A program made the position numbers and the translations under genes. Below are positions 61,509 to 64,000 of a stretch of 64,000 nucleotides of DNA, piece after piece; position 1 is the stretch's first letter; each line of letters starts with the position of its first letter. Under the pieces are notes generated by a model that saw nothing but the letters and a program-made list of their open reading frames with translations, was not told the DNA's origin and did not search any database. The DNA lies in assembly GCA_011109175.1 (NCBI GenBank), contig RDEW01000004.1, positions 205,842-269,841 on the forward strand. The letters are read 5' to 3'. Origin of the DNA: Dicyema japonicum (Eukaryota; Animalia; Dicyemida).

Positions 61509-62194
61509 CATTATTCTCACAATAATGACAATTTTGGTTGATTCTATTAGCCATTGAATTATAAATTATATTTTTTCCAGTAATATAAACCAAAATGTTA
61601 ATTTTTAAAATTTATACACCAAAAATTAATAATGAAGATTTTTAAGATTCTTCAATAACTAATAATCAGTTAAATACTAAATTTATTAAGAAAATAGTTG
61701 ACAACTAGTGTCGGATGCCAATAATGAATCGATAGTGAATCCAAGAGAATAATGCTTTGAATTGCTGTGTAGACATCAGTATATATTTTCTTTAGTTTTT
61801 ATAAAAATTGGAGGCAACCTTTGTCTACTATACACTCTTAATGTAAACTTAATATCTCTTCAGTCTTTACAGAGAATATTCATCGACCAGGCCTTTATAT
61901 ATCAAGTGTTCAACGTGAGGAGCTTCAAAAGGAATAGATCCGCTTGTGTCGTCTGTTTTAGGCATTTTCTCACACTTAAACATAAAATAATGAGGTAAAT
62001 ATATCAAACATTACAGACTTTGTATTTCCTAACAAATTAAGATACTAGAAAATGACACATACTGTTTTTAATAATTGTCACATGCCATCGTATCCGGCCG
62101 TGCCACCAAAGTCTCTAAACATTCCACAAACAATTTTCTCGACTTATATTAAACTACACAAATATTGTAGAAAAAAATGCTGATACAATTAGAG

Positions 62195-62275
62195 TAGTCG
62201 TTCCCAACCTGGGTTCCGGGCAACCCCAAGGTTCGACGTAGATAGTTTTAGGGTTCCGCAAAATTTATTATAAAT
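62195..62275. mobile_element. hAT MITE end
   Basis: gtcgttcccaacctgggttcc...ttttagggttccgc resembles 47067-47135. Confidence 0.45.
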
Positions 62276-62439
62276 TATTTAATAATAGTTTTAATTATTG
62301 TCGTATAGTATGAGAACCCGGGGCCATCTTCGTGTCTGGGCAGATTGCAACATTATCGAAAGAATTGAAAACGTAACAAAGGTAAAAGATCAAAAATCTG
62401 TCCCGTAACCATAAACACTTTATTCAAAGGAATTAAGGA

Positions 62440-63700
62440 GTTAGTTTAAGAGCTTATTTACGAGTCCGCCTATGCGGCCTGGAGTCTTCCAATGCACTTC
62501 ATCTCCATTTTTTATCTCGTCCTAGTGTCGGATCCAATCGATCCTCTTCTCCACAAAATATTTGACCGGTGCAAGAATCTTGTCTTCTTTCGTACTGAGG
62601 ACATCGAATAGCTTTTTCCCCAAGGCCAACTATATTCCTGACCTTCTCGTTTTTCCCACAAGTAACATAATTCTATCTCTTTGGCGAGAGAAAAATTATG
62701 CTTCGCATCCATATAGTAACTCTGGAAGAATGATTCTCATGAAGATAAACAAGAAGGTCTCCAAGCATACGAACAACTTGCTAGTACATAAAAGCGCTTG
62801 TAGCGCCTTCTTCCTTCGTATGATATTTTCCATGAAGGAACCTTCCCCATCGATAACTATCCCGAGTTAGCGGAGTGAATTTACTGTTGGAATACCAAGT
62901 GAGTAGGGCTGCGTACGATGCCTCCGTAGGCGACTGACTCTCAAGTAGCTGGACTTCTCAGTGGATAGTTTCATCCCTCTCTTGGTGCACCAGTCCTGTA
63001 CTTGTTCAATGAATGATTCTTCTTTCCGAGAGAGTTGATTTCCCAGACGTATCCGTAATCAGAATATCATCTGCGTATATCAATAGTTTTGTGTTCGTAT
63101 CCGGTGGAGTTGGGAAGTCTGACAAGAACACGTTGAACAGAAGTGGGCTCAAGACAGAACCCTGTGGAACTCCCCTCTTCAGTATGATATCTTTTGACAT
63201 ATTTGCTCCAACACGTACTCTGGAAGTCCTTTATCCATATGAAAATTTTCTTTTGGATATCAGCAGCTGCTAGCCTTGATAGGAGGGTTTCATGTCACAC
63301 GCTATCAAAAGCAGATCCAAACATACCAGGTTGACTAGTCTCTTTAATTCCAGACCTCTCAATACCATCGAATGCATCAGGTAGATTCAATCCGTGCAGG
63401 ATTTACCAGGTCTGAAGACATTATTCTGCGAGGAGGAAACCACTCTCTTCTATGTGGTCGTTTAGCTTCTTAAAGATAATTCGCTCAACAATCTTGGAAA
63501 TAGAGTAGATGAAACTGATCGGCCTATATCTGAGAACCACTCTCTTCTATGTGGTCGTTTAGCTTCTTAAAGATAATTCGCTCAACAATCTTGGAAATAG
63601 AGTAGATGAGGCTGATCGGCCTATATCTGAGTGGGTCCCTCCCCGACTTTCTAGGTTTCAAGATAATTCTTAACGTTTTACGCGCCCTTGTCCGGATGAC
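62440..63700 (-). mobile_element. Jockey/I-like LINE RT remnant
   Basis: YRPISLIYSISKIVERII; GVPQGSVLSPLLFNVFLSD; LIYADDIL. Confidence 0.75.
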
Positions 63701-63714
63701 CACGAGGAACATGG

Positions 63715-63960
63715 ACTTTTCCGTTTCTACCCTCTACCAACAAACAATCGCGCCTGCCGTTGAGTATGCCTCCGTTGCATGGAGATTCGGGCTATTGAAG
63801 TCTATGGTCCAAAGAATCAACTCGATATAAAACAATCAGTATGCTTTGCCCACGTAATGGATCAACAGTCGACCCACTACTCATGGAAGCTAAGATCCGT
63901 AGTCGTGGCTCCGGATTTCTTCGCGTCTGTGAGGAAGATGGAAATCCGCTTCGCCTAATC
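63715..63960 (+). mobile_element. LINE RT C-terminal remnant
   Basis: TLYQQTIAPAVEYASVAW. Confidence 0.45.
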
Positions 63961-64000
63961 CTTCCCATGGCAAGAGAAAACCGATTGGATAAGAAATTCC

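Noticed and set aside
49310-63630. Exact short tandem duplications (49310-49525, 51449-51730, 54505-54820, 63433-63630)
   Set aside because: They are near-identical, one flanks an N gap, and they break reading frames; most likely gap-filling artefacts rather than arrays.
1-64000. Alternative genetic code explaining in-frame stops
   Set aside because: Stops are removed by micro-introns or single indels, and intact genes end in TAA, TAG and TGA, consistent with the standard code.

Overview
This is a ~35% GC eukaryotic (metazoan) scaffold, not a prokaryotic one. I found no CRISPR arrays, rRNA genes or convincing tRNA genes. Compact, highly divergent host genes sit among dense transposon remnants that cover roughly half the window. 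Genes recognised by manual translation and splicing are MRPS28, CFAP99, TEN1, a kinesin-13-like motor, myosin regulatory light chain, an atypical Ras-family GTPase, a Myt1/Wee1-like kinase, PTP1B-like PTPN1, a SAM methyltransferase, neuroguidin, PLC-beta, the 5' half of DNAI4/WDR78 and a LAMP-like membrane protein. Nearly all introns are 20-30 nt GT-AG micro-introns. Together with ciliary genes and metazoan signalling genes, this suggests a dicyemid-like ciliated parasite (inference). Mobile DNA includes CRE-like RLE retrotransposons with an N-terminal PHD finger, RTE LINEs and a bipartite non-autonomous RTE derivative, I/Jockey-like LINEs (one with a near-canonical 2A motif) and a SINE-like family. 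DNA transposons include pogo/Tigger, hAT (Buster-like), a Ginger2-like integrase element and a foldback MITE; some carry host-type micro-introns. Several conserved genes have 1-nt frameshifts only at homopolymers, and N-gaps are flanked by duplications, so assembly error must be excluded before any biological reading. All identifications come from remembered motifs; no database searches were run, and many boundaries are approximate.
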